Below are positions 32,329 through 46,631 of a stretch of DNA of 64,000 bases, in pieces. This DNA is from Phaeosaccion multiseriatum (Eukaryota; Protista; Ochrophyta, other classes). How positions within the stretch are numbered: the first letter of the stretch is position 1; the number at the start of each line of letters is the position of its first letter. The translations under genes were made by a program, and so were the position numbers. The notes under the pieces were generated by a model. It searched no databases, had not been told where the DNA came from, and saw only the letters and a list, made by a program, of their open reading frames with translations. Location of the stretch: the NCBI GenBank assembly GCA_965112735.1, contig OZ218950.1, forward strand, positions 4,836,001 to 4,900,000, written 5' to 3'.

Positions 32329-35061
32329 CCTCTCTCTCTCGGTCTCTCTCCCCTCTTCTCTCTCTCTCCCTGCCCCAGGTGTTGCTGGATCCCCTCGTTG
32401 TGATGGCGGATGTAACTGCCCTTGTGGAGGCCCCCTCCTTCCTCGCGGGCACCTCCAACGCCATGCTCAGGAACGTCCCCAAGGCAAATCTCGATTGCTT
32501 CGTGGATGTGGACTCGGGCAAGGTGGAGGTGAGTGAGTGAGTGAGTGAGTCAGTGAGTGAGTGAGAACTCTCTCTCTCTATGTGTAAGTCTCTCTCTGTA
32601 CCTTCTCTCTCCTCTCTCTCTGTGTATTTATTTTTTTATATGTATATATTTCTGATGTCGATAAACATCGAATGTTTCCTTTCCCTACTCTCTGTGTTGT
32701 GTGGTGTGCACCTACCTACCTACCTGCCTGCCTGCCTACCTACCTGCCTACCTACCTACCTACCTACCTCCCTACCTACCTGCGTACTTACCTGTCTGCC
32801 TACCTATCTACCTGCCTACCTACCTACCTACCTACCTACCTACCTACCTCGTCATACACAAGATGATGGACACGCCTCTTGCCAAGGCGGCGTTTGATCG
32901 CTCGGGCTACGAGTGGAAGGCCTTGCTCAGTGAGCTCCTTCCTGCAGTGCACGAGGCGCAGGGGGGGACAGGAGGAGGAGGGGGGGTAGGAGGAGGAGCA
33001 GGAGGAGGCGCGGCTACGACGGAAGCTCACACGGCCTGGGAGGTAAGGAGAGAGATCGGAAGGGTAAGGGGGGAGGTGATCGATCATCAAGGAGAGAGAT
33101 CGGAAGGGTAAGAGGGGAGGTGATCGATCATCAAGGAGAGAGATCGGAAGGGTAAGAGGGGAGGTGATCGATCATCAAGGAGAGAGATCGGAAGGGTAAG
33201 AGGGGAGGTGATCGATCATCAAGGAGAGAGATCGGAAGGGTAAGAGGGGAGGTGATCGATCATCAAGGAGAGAGATCGGAAGGGTAAGAGGGGAGATGAT
33301 CGATCATCAAGGAGAGAGATCGGAAGGGTAAGAGGGGAGGTGATCGATCATCAAGGAGAGAGATCGGAAGGGTAAGAGGGGAGATGATCGATCATCAAGG
33401 AGAGAGATCGGAAGGGTAAGAGGGGAGATGATCGATCATCAAGGAGAGAGATCGGAAGGGTAAGAGGGGAGGTGATCGATCATCAAGGAGAGAGATCGGA
33501 AGGGTAAGAGGGGAGGTGATCGATCATCAAGGAGAGAGATCGGAAGGGTAAGAGGGGAGGTGATCGATCATCAAGGAGAGAGATCGGAAGGGTAAGAGGG
33601 GAGATGATCGATCATCAAGGAGAGAGATCGGAAGGGTAAGAGGGGAGATGATCGATCATCAAGGAGAGAGATCGGAAGGGTAAGAGGGGAGGTGATCGAT
33701 CATCAAGGAGAGAGATCGGAAGGGTAAGAGGGGAGGTGATCGATCATCAAGGAGAGAGATCGGAAGGGTAAGAGGGGAGGTGATCGATCATCAAGGAGAG
33801 AGATCGGAAGGGTAAGAGGGGAGATGATCGATCATCAAGGAGAGAGATCGGAAGGGTAAGAGGGGAGGTGATCGATCATGAAGGGACTCAAAAGTCAGAG
33901 GGCTCAGGACGGATTGGTACTCGTACTCGCACCGGAGTGAGTCTGGAGTGGCCTGCCTGCCCGAACGTAACACTCCTGTCTAGCGATTGATCCATTTTCT
34001 CTTCTCACACTCTTACGACGCACCAACTTGTGCACCACCCCCCTCACTTCCCCTCCCACCATCCCCTGCCGCCTCTCTCTCTCTCTCACCTACACACAGG
34101 GCTCCAACGGCTGGGTGGTGGACCAATTCCAAAGCTTCTTCGAGGGGCTCATGAGCACGGCAGCAAGATGCTTCTTGAGCAACCAACTCATCGACGCAGA
34201 GAGGAAGAAGAAGGAGGAGTTGAAGCGCACTCTCTCCCAGTCGGGGGGGCTCTTTGGCGGTGTCCAGAGCGCGTGGATTGGGGCCACAAGTAGGGGGGGG
34301 GGGGCGGCTTCGATGGGACAAATGACCTCGATTCAGGAGTCGTTGGAGGGCTACGGAAGGGGCTTTGTGGACGAGTGGGTGGATACGTACAACTTCCGCC
34401 ACTGGACGAGGAATCACAGTGGAGACATTGCCAAGTGTGAGTGGAGGAGGAGGAGGGGGGGGAGGAGGAGGAGGAGGGGGGGGGGGGGTCGGGATGGATG
34501 AATGGGGGAGGGGTGGGGGAAGAGGGGGCGGAGGCCCCCCGGCCGGCGGCGGGTACGGAGTAAAGACGACGTAGGGATGGGTCTTCGTCTGTGAAGTATT
34601 CCGTGGTGGACCTTGGCGTGCAAGCCCTTTCCTCTTCCTTCACTCCCCCTAACCGTAACTTCCCCCCTCCTCCTCTCCTCCTCCTCTCCTCCTCCTCCTC
34701 CTCCTCCTCCTCCTCCTCCTTCGCCCCCTCCTCCCCCTTCGCCCCCTCCTCTCCCTTCTCCCCCTTCTCCCCACCCCGCGTTCTCTCATGTTCGCAGCCG
34801 CCCCTGACAAGCGAAGCGGCAGCGTGGAGGGGGGAGGAGGGGAGGGGACGGCCGAGGGGGGCGCAGGAGGAGGAGGAGGAGGAGGAGGAGGAGGGGGAGT
34901 GGTGGGAGGGGTGGGCGGGCGGATAAGTGGTGCCTTGTTTGGCAAGCCCCCTCCCGTGATGCCCACCAGCGGGGTGCACTCCTTCACTTACCCAAACAAT
35001 GATGTGTATGAAGGGAATTTTGAGAGGGGCCAACGCCACGGAAAGGTGGGTGGTGGTGGTG

Positions 35062-35092
<31 letters not shown>

Positions 35093-37505
35093 GGTAAGGC
35101 AAGGCTTGCGTCACATGGAGGCGGCGGGGGGGGGGCGACCGGGCATGGGGGTGGGGCGGAAGAGTCGTTGTTGTTTGTTTATTATTGTTTGTCGTTCGTC
35201 TTCGTTTCGTCTTGTAATCTTGGTGTTGTCCCCCTTGATTGTCACCTTGTGTGCCTCCGCCCTTGTCGTGCGCCTTCTTTGTCGCGTCGTGCTTTTCGTG
35301 TTGGTGATACAGGGCAAGTATAAGCAGTACCGGACGGGGAACACGTACGAAGGTGAGGAGGAGGAGGAGGAGGAGGAGGAGGAGGAGGAGGAGGAGGGAA
35401 GGAGAGCAGGAGAACCGTCTCTACGTGGGGACTTGCCGTGTAGGGCTACGAGAGAGGAGGCCGACAATTTCGACAATGTCGACAATCTCCTCCTTCTCGA
35501 ATCTCTTCGTCGGACATCGAGAGAGAGGGAGGGAGAGGGAGAGAGGGAGAGAGAGACGGATAGACAGACAGAGTGAGAGTGAGAAAGGGAGAGAGAGACG
35601 GAGGGACAGACAGAGTGAGAGTGAGAGAGGGAGAGAGAGACGGATAGACAGACAGAGTGAGAGTGAGAGAGGGAGAGAGACGGATAGACAGACAGAGTGA
35701 GAGTGAGAGAGGGAAAGGGAGACGGAGGGACAGACAGAGTGAGAGGGAGAGAGGGAGAGAGAGAGACAGACAGTGAGAGGGAGAGAGGGAGAGAGAGAGA
35801 GAGAGACAGTGAGAGGGAGAGAGAGAGAGACAGTGAGAGGGAGAGGGAGAGAGAGAGAGAGAGGGAGAAAGAGAGAGAGAGACAGAGAGTGAGAGGGAGA
35901 GAGAGAGAGACAGAGTGAGTGAGAGGGAGAGAGGGAGGCGAGATGCACAGGGAGGGAGAAAGGAGGGAAGAGAGAGGGAGAGGGAGGGAGAAAAAGAGAG
36001 AGGGAGACGGAAGCAGAGAGAGACTCTCGCTCACTTACACACACACATACATATACACGCACGCACACGCAAACACGCGCGTACAGGCGACTGGGAGAAC
36101 GACAAGCGACAAGGCAGGGGCATCTTGGAGGCAAACAACAAGGCCTTCATGTACGAAGGAGATTGGAAGTTGGACATGCGTACGGGGAACGGGCACTGCG
36201 TGGACAGGGGCAAGGAGACATACAGAGGCTCCTTTCTCAATGGCTTGTTCCACGGACCGGGCACGCACTGTTTGGACGCTACGGGGGATGTGTACACGGG
36301 GGAGTTTGCGTTTAACTTGAGGCATGGCATGGGCAAGGAGGAGACAGCAGAGGTGAGGAGGGGGGTGGGCTGGGGTGGGGTGGGGTGGGGTGGGGTGGGG
36401 TGGGGTGGGGTGGGGTGGGGGGTGGGAGAAGAGAGGAGGAGGCGAGAGAGGAGGGAAGGGAAGGGGGAAGGGAAGCGTCTACTCCTGTATGTATGTCTGT
36501 CTGTCTGTCTCTGTATGCACCCGCTGCTACAGCAACCGACTCGACTGACCGACCGAAATCCACACCACATATCAAACCGCACCACACGCCACTACACACC
36601 ACCACCACCACCACCACCACCACCACCGCCGCCGCCGCCACTACACAACCCACGCATCATCGCAGGGTGAGACGTACATTGGCGAGTTTGTGAGGGGCGT
36701 GCGGAACGGAATTGGGCAATGCTCCTACAAGACTTCAGGAATCATCTATAACGGGGAGTGGAGGGAAGGGCAGTGGCATGGGGAGGGCAGGCAGACCGTA
36801 CCGGACAGGCTTGCGGTGGCAGAGGCCGCTAAGAGAGCGGCGGCAGAGGCGGCAGAGGCAGCGGAGAGGCTGGCGGAGGAGGCGGCGGCGGAACTCAAGG
36901 ACATTGATCGGCTGGCAGAGGAGGCGAGAGAGCAAGCAGGGGGAGGGGAAGCAGGGGAGGAGGCGGCGGAGGAGGCCAGGACCAGGGCGGTGGGGGAAGC
37001 GGCGTTGCGAAGAGATCGAAAGAAGGCGTCTGCGTTGGCGGCGAGGAAGGCAGCAGAGTCAAAGACCGCAGCAGCAGGGTCGGAGGGGGGCGGGGGTGCG
37101 GCGGGGGCGGAGGGAGAGGTGCCTATGGAACATTATGATGGTTGCTTCCATCACCATCAGCGGCACGGTATGGGTTGTCTCACCACGGCCGATGGCACCG
37201 TGTACGAGGGGCAGTGGGAGATGGGGCTGCCCAAGAATGGGTCCGAGTGGCACATTCGGTACCCAAATGGCGACGACTATGTGGGCATTGCTCGCTACCT
37301 CAAGCCGCACGTCCGGGGCACCTTCAAGTACAAGAGTGGTGACGTGTACACAGGGGAGATGAGGGACGGGAAACGCTGCGGCAAGGGCATTTGCATCTTC
37401 GCCAACGGAGAGACGTTTGATGGCTGTTGGGAGAATGATCAGATTAGCTTCTTGGGCAAGGGGAGGCTCACACTGGCCGATGGCACCTCACACGACTACA
37501 CATAA
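28806..37505 (+). CDS. AVL9-type DENN domain protein fused to C-terminal MORN repeats
   Basis: Exons about 28806-29444, 30086-30916 (may contain a small intron near 30783-30884), 31260-31464, 31723-31859, 32379-32528, 32863-33042, 34100-34436, 34798-35045, 35313-35352, 36087-36352, 36666-37505. AVL9-like motifs: FVGIAQFDLREGP, RGYSQAAVVVLARLPFF, LLKLILLEGRVLLY, YGFPLKVF, FLAGTSNAML, WEGSNGWVVDQFQSF, FVDEWVDTYNFRHW. About ten MORN motifs, e.g. YEGNFERGQRHGKG, YEGDWKLDMRTGNG, YTGEMRDGKRCGKG. Confidence 0.85.
33043..33880. repeat. 44-bp intronic minisatellite, 19 copies (TGATCGATCATCAAGGAGAGAGATCGGAAGGGTAAGAGGGGAG[G/A])
   Basis: TGATCGATCA recurs every 44 nt from 33077 to 33869; the array starts at the intron donor. 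Confidence 0.95.
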
Positions 37506-37567
37506 CAGAGAGAGAGAGGAGAGGGGAGGGGAGGGGAGACGGGCAACGGGGGGGGCTTGTGCTGGTG

Positions 37568-37603
<36 letters not shown>

Positions 37604-37889
37604 AGCATGTTTTTGGAGGCGTGGATACCACCGCTACATCCCTTACAGCCGTAAAGCGAGGGCGTGAGCAAGAAAGGGAGCAAGGGCTGTGTAGACTTGT
37701 TTTGTGGATGCAAGAAAGAGGCTTGTTCCAATCTTCATTGTTGGGTGTCATTTGTGCACGAGGAGGGGGTTTGCTCTCGCCCTTTGATTATTAATTAAAC
37801 ATCTCTCTGTAAGACATCTATCCGTTGGATTTATTTCCATCGATGAGTAGTCCATCATCTACCCATCTCTCCTGCATCTCCTCCTCACT

Positions 37890-39223
37890 CTACCCCTCGT
37901 CAGTCGAGAAGCCTCTGACATCAGAGAGCTCGCCTCCGATGGCAGCCGACAGGCGAACAGAGCCCCACCCCGCCTCGCTCTTGCCCCTGCCGCCGAACAA
38001 GCCGCAGTCACTGCTACCAACACGAACCTTAACCCTGCCTCCAGACTGGGCCTTGCCCTCGTCGTCGTTGTCCTCAGAGGAGGAGGAGGAGGAGGAGGAG
38101 GTGTCAGGACCGTCTCGGGACTTGTGTTTCATGTTGTTGACGGACATGCTTGCTGATGCTGCTGACAAGTTGGCGGTCCGGTCTGTGAGGAGACTGTCTT
38201 CCAGAGCCGCAATCTCTCTCTGGAGGGCGCGCAGGTTCGCAGTGGGAGAGGAGGAGGGGGATGTGGAGGATGTGGGGGATGTGGGGGCGGGAGGCGAGGC
38301 TGCATTCTCTCCTCTCTCGGTTCTCTCTCTTCCTCCCCCTCCTCCTCCTCCTCCTCCTCCTTCTCCTCCTTCTTGGAGTCTGCTCGCTGCTGCTGCTGCT
38401 GCTGCTGCTGCTGTATCACCCACTGCTGCTGTTGATGCTTGTACTCCTAAACTCTCCCGGAGATGCTCGACACGATCGGGGCCGAGCACGCTGCAAGTGG
38501 CCCTCATTGGCTGTTGAATGAAGGAGAGAGACCGGACAAGCAGACAAGAAGACAGACAGACAGACAGACAGGTACTAGGTAAGACGGAGAGAGAGAGAGA
38601 AGGACGGACGGGGGGAAGAGCACCACCGCCACCACTACTACCACTACCACTGCCACCGCCACCACACTGCCCCTACTGTACCTGCTGTGTGTGGTCCCAC
38701 AGCTCGGCCTGGTGCTGCAGGCCTCTCCCCGACTCGTGACTGAGACGCAGCTCCTCCCTCCTCCAGGGCATGATGGAGCACTCGCGCCGCTCCTCGATAA
38801 GCTGCAGCTGCAGACTACAGCGAGGAGAAGAAGAAGGAGGAACACCACAAGAAGAAGGCGCCGCCTTCCGCGCACCGGCCCGGCCAGCCATTGTTGGCGA
38901 TACAGCAGCAGTAGCACTCCTTGCCGACACACACGCCTCCCGGGGCGTTTCCACCTCCACACCCAACCCTCGCTTGATCCGCTCCTCCACCAAGTCGGCT
39001 CCGAGTAAGGCCTCCCCCCCCCCGCCCACCGCCTCTCTAACCAGGCGCACGCTGCTTCTTGCCGCTGCCTCCACCCCGTCCGCCGCTCTCCGACTGCGGA
39101 CGGCAGCAGACGCACGCGCCACCGCCACCATATACTCCGCAGTGTCGTTGTTGTTGTCGCTGTTGGTGGAGATGCTCTTATTGCTGCTGCTGCTGTTGCT
39201 CGGCTTGCCACCTCCCCGCCCTC

Positions 39224-39254
<31 letters not shown>

Positions 39255-39583
39255 CACCAACTGCTGCTGCTGCTGCTGCTGTCGTTGCTCCGGTCGGGCG
39301 TGAGCCTTGCGCTTCCTTCCTTTGCGAACGACGACACCCCCCGACGAGGGCACAGCCTCCTCCTCGAGCTCTTCTCTAGGAGCCCTTCTCTTGGTGCCGC
39401 CCCCGCCAACTCGAGGCACTTGCGCCCGGGCCCTGCTAGAATCAACACTCCCACTCACTGCCCCTGTTGCTGGTGCCGTGGTGCTAGTGAGGCGGCGCTC
39501 GCTGGTCCTGACCTTCGCCTTCGCCCTGCTGCTGGTGGTGCTGAACCGCTCACGTAGCTTTGGCTGGCGCGGTTGGCATTTCC

Positions 39584-39623
<40 letters not shown>

Positions 39624-42600
39624 GTGGTGGTACTGCTTCGTCTTGTCCAGCGAGTGGTACACTCGGCCCTCCTCGTCCCCATCTACTGCTGCTATCGTCG
39701 CCGTGCTATCCGAATCGATATCAACGTTGATTAGTACCGCCTGCGTCTGTGGTGCGGTCGCCATGGGACGCATCCAGGCCCGATAGATTCGGAGAGAGAG
39801 AGCACCAAGAGAGAGGGAGTGAGAGGGAGGGGGGGGGGGGAGAAGGACAAGGACATTGTTGTCAGTCACACAGTGCACGTACGCATGCGTACATTCATGC
39901 ACCCACCACACACACACCCACACATACACACGCACACACACACACACGCACACGCACACGCACACGCACACGCACACGCACCCGAAGGACCTTGAGTTGT
40001 CTGTCCACTTCATTCTGACGGTCCTTGAGCCGCCCTATGGTAAGCAACGCCTCAGCGTGTTGCTTGGCAAGTGCTTGGTTAGCTGCCCTCAGCTCTGCTG
40101 CCCGAGAATGTTCCTCAGATAGAGTGATCTCGTCCTCCTTTTGTTATTGCCGGTACCAATGCCGGGTTGGGTTGGGTTGGGTTTGGTTGGTGATGGTGTA
40201 GGTGTTGGTTGGTTGGGGTAGTTGGTTAGTTGAGTTGAGTTGAGTTGAGTTGAGACACGAGTTCCATTACTTTCTGAGAGCAGCGGAGGGAAGGGAGGGG
40301 AAGGGACGGGGATCGGAAGGGAAGGCAAAGGGGGGCGGGGGGGGATAGGAGAGGAGAGAGTAGGGCAGGAAGAGAAGCGAGAAGAGAGGAGAGGACGACT
40401 TGGGTGCATCTCACAGTCAGTCAGTCAGTCAGTCAGGAGGGAGGAAGAGGGGACAACCCACTCCGAAACGAGGTATCTCTGATCCCTGATTCGTGATGCC
40501 TGCGCTCATACTTACCCGAACGATTGCCTCCCTTCTCGCTCTCGCCGCGGCCAGCTGAAGCTCCAAAGCCTCCACCTCCTTCGCCACTCGCTCCTCAGCC
40601 CTCTCCGTCTCCTCCACAAGGCTCTGATAGCGCCCGTTCCGCTCCAGTGCCGCTGTCAGCCTCTCCTCCGCGGCGAGGGAGTGACTGTGCAGTGCTTTAG
40701 CATCCTCCGCCGCTGTCTGTAGGAGGGTGGCGGTTTCAGCGGTTACATTGGACATTTCTCTCCGAAGGCTGATGACGTCATCATCAGGCTCGAGGGCCTG
40801 AACTTGAAGCACGTGGTGCTCGCCACCTGCTGCGCTCTCCAGACGAGGAAGGCTGGAGGTGGATGCAGGAGGAGGAGCAGGTTGTTGTGATTGTTGTTGT
40901 TGGTGCTGCTCTTCCAGGCGAAGGTTTGTCTCCTCCACTTCCTGCTCAGGTACAGAGACGGACATTCGAGGGGAAGGGGGGTATAAAAATGCGAGACAGA
41001 GAGAGAGAGAGAGAGAGAGAGGCAGGAAGAAGAGCGCCTACAAGAGCGCCCGGCAGCTCCAAAAGAGTCTGCTGGACGGTCACACACGAGTGGGAGGGCA
41101 GAGGGCACACACCTCACCTCCCCCCCCCTTACCTCTTGGGCTTGTGCCACCCTTGCTTGGCACTTGTCGATGTCGAGACGGAGGCGCTGAGAGGACGTCT
41201 GCGCCTCCCTCAGACTGCTTTCGAGGGCGGTGCTTGCAATGGACGACTCAGAAACCTTCATCCCCAAGCTGTAGGCCTCTGCCCGCACCCGCACCAGCTC
41301 CTGCTCCAGCTGTTGTCGTAGGGGGGGGAGGGGGGGGAGGGGGTTGCGGTCACCGAAGGCGAAGAGGAAAGGGGGACATAAGGAGAGAGAAGAAGGAATC
41401 ACGATAGAGCAAGCAGACCACGGAAGGGATGAGCTCGCGAGATCAAAAGCGGGAAGGGCTCTAACTCACTCACTGGCTCACTGACTGACTCACTTGATTC
41501 ACCCAATCACTCACTCACTCACTGACTCACTCACTCACTCTACTCACTCACTCACTCTACTGACTCACTGACTCACTGACTCACTCACTCACTGACTCAC
41601 TCACTGATTCACTCACCCGGCCACTCTCTTCCCTCGCGCTGGCGCTCCTGGCTTGAATGCCCTCTCCTTCCTCCTCTACCGCTCTGAGCTCATCTCCCGC
41701 CCGCCGCTGTCGCTCCTGCCAGCCGACCCGCCGCGTGTGGAGGAGAAGGACTGAGGGAGACACAGCGAGAGAGGGGAGGGGAGGAGAGAAGGAAGCAGAG
41801 AGGAGCGAGGCACCGCACCATACACAGTAGGGGGAGGGGGGTTGGGGAGGGGGGCTAAATGTACGATATATATACACACACGTATGTGTATATATATATA
41901 TGTACATATGTGTGTCCGTTCGTCCTGTCAAGCTCTAACAGTCAGACAAAACAAGACAAGAGGTGCCATACATACCCTTCACGTCAGAGACAAAGCACTC
42001 ACGCATGCACGCACGCCCGCCCGCACGTACCGAAGCACCTTCGAAGCATGCCCACCCTTCGCTCCTCCTGCGCGATGCGAACCCTCCTCTGCAACTCCTT
42101 GCCTCTCCGCCAGGCCTCGCGGAGAAGGCGAAAAGCCTCTGATCGTCGACTGCCATCAGTGTGCCTGCATGCCTTCCTCTTGGCCAATGACGCAAGGAGT
42201 TGCCTTGTTTGGAAGCAGGATCGTTTTCCCTCCTCCTCCTCCTCCTCCTCCTCGTCGTCGTCGTCGTCTTCCGTCTCCATCACCCCCCCCTGCCTCCTCA
42301 TCCTCCTCCTCCGCCTCCCCCTCCCCTTCCTCTTCCCACGACTGCGCACTGCCATATCCCGCCACTTTCGGAGGGCCCACCCTGCAGTCGCGCAGCCCAC
42401 AGAGAGAGCGAAAGTACAGCCCTGCCCACCACGCCCTCTCGGTACGCGCAGGCTCAGGGTGTAAGTCGAGAGCCCCCTGCCCCACTTGTTGGTGCTACGA
42501 CTGCTACTGCTACGCCAGCGTCTCAACGCCCTTCGCTGACGCCCATGCCTCAACGGAGATAGACATCGAGCCGAAGACCCCTGCCCCGGATGCTGCTGTG

Positions 42601-42753
42601 CCGCTCCTCTTGCCGCCCCCCTCCACAGTCGTAGCACCAACCGCTGAAGGACCCGGTCCTGAAACAGCTCTAGCCTGGCCGTCAGCCTCTGCGTCTCGAA
42701 ACCAGACACCACGCGCTGTCCCCATAGCCTGCGGGTACGTGCGCGTGTGTGTG

Positions 42754-42784
<31 letters not shown>

Positions 42785-43237
42785 TGGGGGGTGGGGGGTG
42801 GGGGTGGTCACAAGTCGTAAACCCCCTCTTCTCCAAGTCCAAAGTCCTAACCTAAGAGCCTTGTGGGCGTCGCGCCGTCGCACGCCCTCTCGAAAGGTCT
42901 TGATCCTCTGCGCCAAAGCGCCGACTCGCCGCCACTCTCCGAGCGCCTGTCTCGCCCGGTCTCTCCTCCAGGTAGGCATCGGCACCGCCACTGAGGGCAC
43001 CAGCTGCGCCTCACGACCCTCACCACCCAACAGTGGAAACCCGTCCTCACTCCTCCTTTGCCGCAGACTCCGAGTGCTACCACTACTGCATGTAGTACGA
43101 GGGGCATGTGTGCTCTCCACTAATGATGGTGCAGTGTGTGGAAGGATGGCCCAGGCGGCGAAGCAGCGGCGTTGCAGCGCGTGCTGGTGCGCCTCGCTCT
43201 TGCGTTGGTGCCATTGCCGAACCTGATTCAATAGAAC

Positions 43238-43271
<34 letters not shown>

Positions 43272-46224
43272 CACACACGTACGCACACACATACACACAC
43301 GCACATGTGCACACACACACAGCACGCACGGCACACGTGAGCACGAACATCGTGAAGGGGTGACATCAGACCCCCCACACTTAGGCCAGTGCGTAACAGA
43401 CACCGCATACAGCCAGTAAGTCACAAATGGCACCTTGTTGCGAAACACGAACCTTTCGTTGGGCCCTCACTCTGCCGCAGAAGAGGTCCCAAGCCGTGCG
43501 CAGTGCCTTGGGCCTGCCCTTCAGCATGTGACCCTCCACCTGTGTCACAAATGGTAGCAGACAGACAAACAGATATGCATTATGTGTACACGACAGGATG
43601 GACGGACGGACGGACGGACGAATATCGCAAATCGTTTGGAAAACAGGTGAGTGAGCTGTGCCACTCTGCCCCCCCCCCCCCCTTGCCCCCGTCCGCCTGG
43701 TCTGCCTCCCTCCCTCCCTCACTCACCAACAGATGGCAGCGATATGCCCTTCTCCTCTCCGCCGTGCGTGGCTCCGCCTGTTCCTCCTCTTGGGCATCTT
43801 GTAAAGCACGGAGCACCACCTCCGTCTGCTGGGCAATCTCCTCCCCTCTCGCCCTTTCCCCTCCTCCCCCCCCAAGCCTCGCCTGTATGTCTGCAATGCT
43901 CGCGTGTTGGTGCTCCAGCCTCTCCCGCTGCCCCCGGAGCTCTGCACGTAAAGCCTCTAGCGTGTGGCGGTGACTGTCTGCCAGCCTACCCACTGCGCTA
44001 CTCTGCTGGACAATGCCCACCTGGAGTGGGGAATGGGAGGATGGGAGGAGAGTGCAGGGCGGGCGCTTCAGTCTGTGTATGTGTATGTATGTATGTATGT
44101 GTATGTGTGTGTATGTGTGTGTGTGTGTATGTATGTGTGTGTGTGCGGAAAGGAAAGGGATAGACGCTCTGGAAAGGGCAAGTGACCTTCTCATACATAC
44201 AGTGAACAAGAGTTCGTATGTATGTACGTGTGTGTGTGTGTGTGTTGGGGGGGGGTGAAGTGTGTCAGTGCCCCCTGCTTTCCGCCCCCGTTCCTCTCTC
44301 CCTATCTCCCTACCTCCCTACCTCCCTTGTCTTCCCTCCCGCCCCCCTTGCCAGTCTCCCGCACGGACATAATGTTTATCCCACAAACCTGTCGCTCAAT
44401 TTCAGCATCCAACAGCCCATGCACCTCACCCAGCCGCTCCATATTCCGGGCCCTTCGTCTCTCCGTGGCCACCGCGTGTCGCCTCAGGGCTACGCTGAGC
44501 TCATGCAGAGCTAAGCAGGCGTCGAGGAGGAGCTGGCTGGAGTGATTCAAGGCACGCACTTGCTCCCGAAGGGCCTTGATGGTGCGGGCGGTAGGGGCTG
44601 TGCTAAGCTCCGTCAGCGAGGAGAGGCCCTTACTATTGCATTTGCTGCTGCTGCTGGTGGCGGTGATGGCGGCTGCTGCCTGTTGCGCCTCTTGAAGCTG
44701 CTGCAGCAGGGCATACGGCAAGTGCAGCTCTGTCAGCTCTCTGTCCAGGGCGGCGATCACCGGCGGAAGAAGAGACACCCCTCCCTCCTCGCCTCGGCCT
44801 GCCTCGTCATGCCACACCGCTGCCCCTTTCCCCATTCCCTCCCCGCCTTCCCCTGCCATCCTCAGGGCGTCTCCCCCCTCCCATCTCAGAAGGGGGGGCG
44901 GCGGGGCTTCCATCTCCCTCAGCAGCCGCTCGATATCCTCTGATCGGCCGAGAATGTCCCTCAACGTACCCTCTTCCTCCGTTCCGATGTTGTCCTTCTC
45001 ATCGTCCTGGTCCCCCTCCCCTCCTCCTCTTGCTTCGCCCCCTCTCTCTGCTGTTCCCCTGCGCTGTTCAGATCCCTGACCCGTTCCTTCTCCATCCCCA
45101 TGTCCATTAAAGTGTCGTTGTGTCGCCTCCACTCCTCCTCCTCCTCCCCCTCCTCCTTCTCCTCCTCCCTCTCCTCCTCCTCCTCCTCCTCCTCCTCCTC
45201 CTCCTCCTTCTCCTCCTCCTCCCCCCCTTCCCCCTCCGCCCCCCCCCTCCCCTACATCATCACCCCCGTCACCACCAAGTTTGGACACGGTCCGACCCCT
45301 CTTGCGCCCCCCCCCGCGAAAGAAGCAAGCAGCAGCTGCAGCTGGGAGGGCCCTGAGGGGCGAAGTACTGGAGGGTCTCGACTGCCCTTGCTCTCTCGCA
45401 CAGCTCCTCGCACTCGGGCTCACACTGTGCGAGCCTGGAGACGGAGATTGGTACCGCCCCCGCTGCTGCTGCTGCTGCTGCTGCTGATCTCGACGCTGCC
45501 GTTGTCTATGCTTCAGATGGCACAGATGATGAGAGTACGACTGTGGTCCAGATGACTGCTGCTGCTGTATCACCAACTGCTGCTCCTGCTGGTGCTGCTG
45601 CTCTGCCCTCCATGCCCCTCCCCCCGCTGGGCTGGTGGGTGGAGAGAAGCGCAAGTGAGCCTCTCCCTCTTGCACCCTCTGGAGATAGCCCTTGACAGAG
45701 TCCAGCGTCTCCTTCCACTCGTCCTCCCCCTCCGCCCCCTGCAGCCCAACCCTACTTCCCTCTTGGTCCCGCCCTCCCTCCTCCTCTCCCTCGCGCTCTT
45801 GTCGCGGCCGCCCGTCCTCCCCCTGCTCCTCCTCCTCCTCCTTCTGCTCCCGTCTGCCTCGCTGAGACCTAGGCTGCTTCTGCTGGCGCCACGCGTACTG
45901 CGCTTGCTGCCCTTGTTGCACTTGGGCCACCCACTCCCAATCAGAGCCCCCCGGGGTCTCTCCCAACCGCTTAAGGTAGTCTGCTGCCTCTCCCGTGGCT
46001 GTGAGGAGCCTTTTGGCCTCGTCCTGCCGAATTCCCTCTGCCACAGAGAGCAGCTCCAAAGCGTCCTCCTACAGTTTCAGTTTCACATTCACATCGCAGA
46101 GAAAAGTCACACGTAAAACGTCAAATGCAAAGCACAAGCAAAGCAAAAGCAAAAGGATAGGAGGCCGGATGCCCACAACCCAACCTCCACTCCACTCTCG
46201 TTCACTCAACACATCTAACAAGTC

Positions 46225-46282
<58 letters not shown>

Positions 46283-46597
46283 GCAACAACAACCACAACA
46301 ACAAGAACAAGAAGCGCTCAATCTGCATGCCTCGCAGACACAACACACAGACACATTTCATATTACACACCTGCAGTCGTAGTTGGAGCTCTGTAAAGAT
46401 CCTGTCCCACAGCCGCGAGGCTGCGCTTCCACTGCCACTGGCCTTACCCGTATGCCTTCCCACCCCCTCGAAGGCTTCGTTGCTGAGCTTCTGCTGCCTT
46501 CTTGCGGAGAGCACTGCTGAGAACATGTGCATGCCTTCGGACATGACCTCTCTGCGGAGGGCCTCCGACCGTTCTGGGTCCTGTAGGAGGAGCAGGA

Positions 46598-46631
<34 letters not shown>

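Noticed and set aside
33043-33880. CRISPR-like appearance of the 44-bp array
   Set aside because: No variable spacers; the array lies entirely within a predicted spliceosomal intron.
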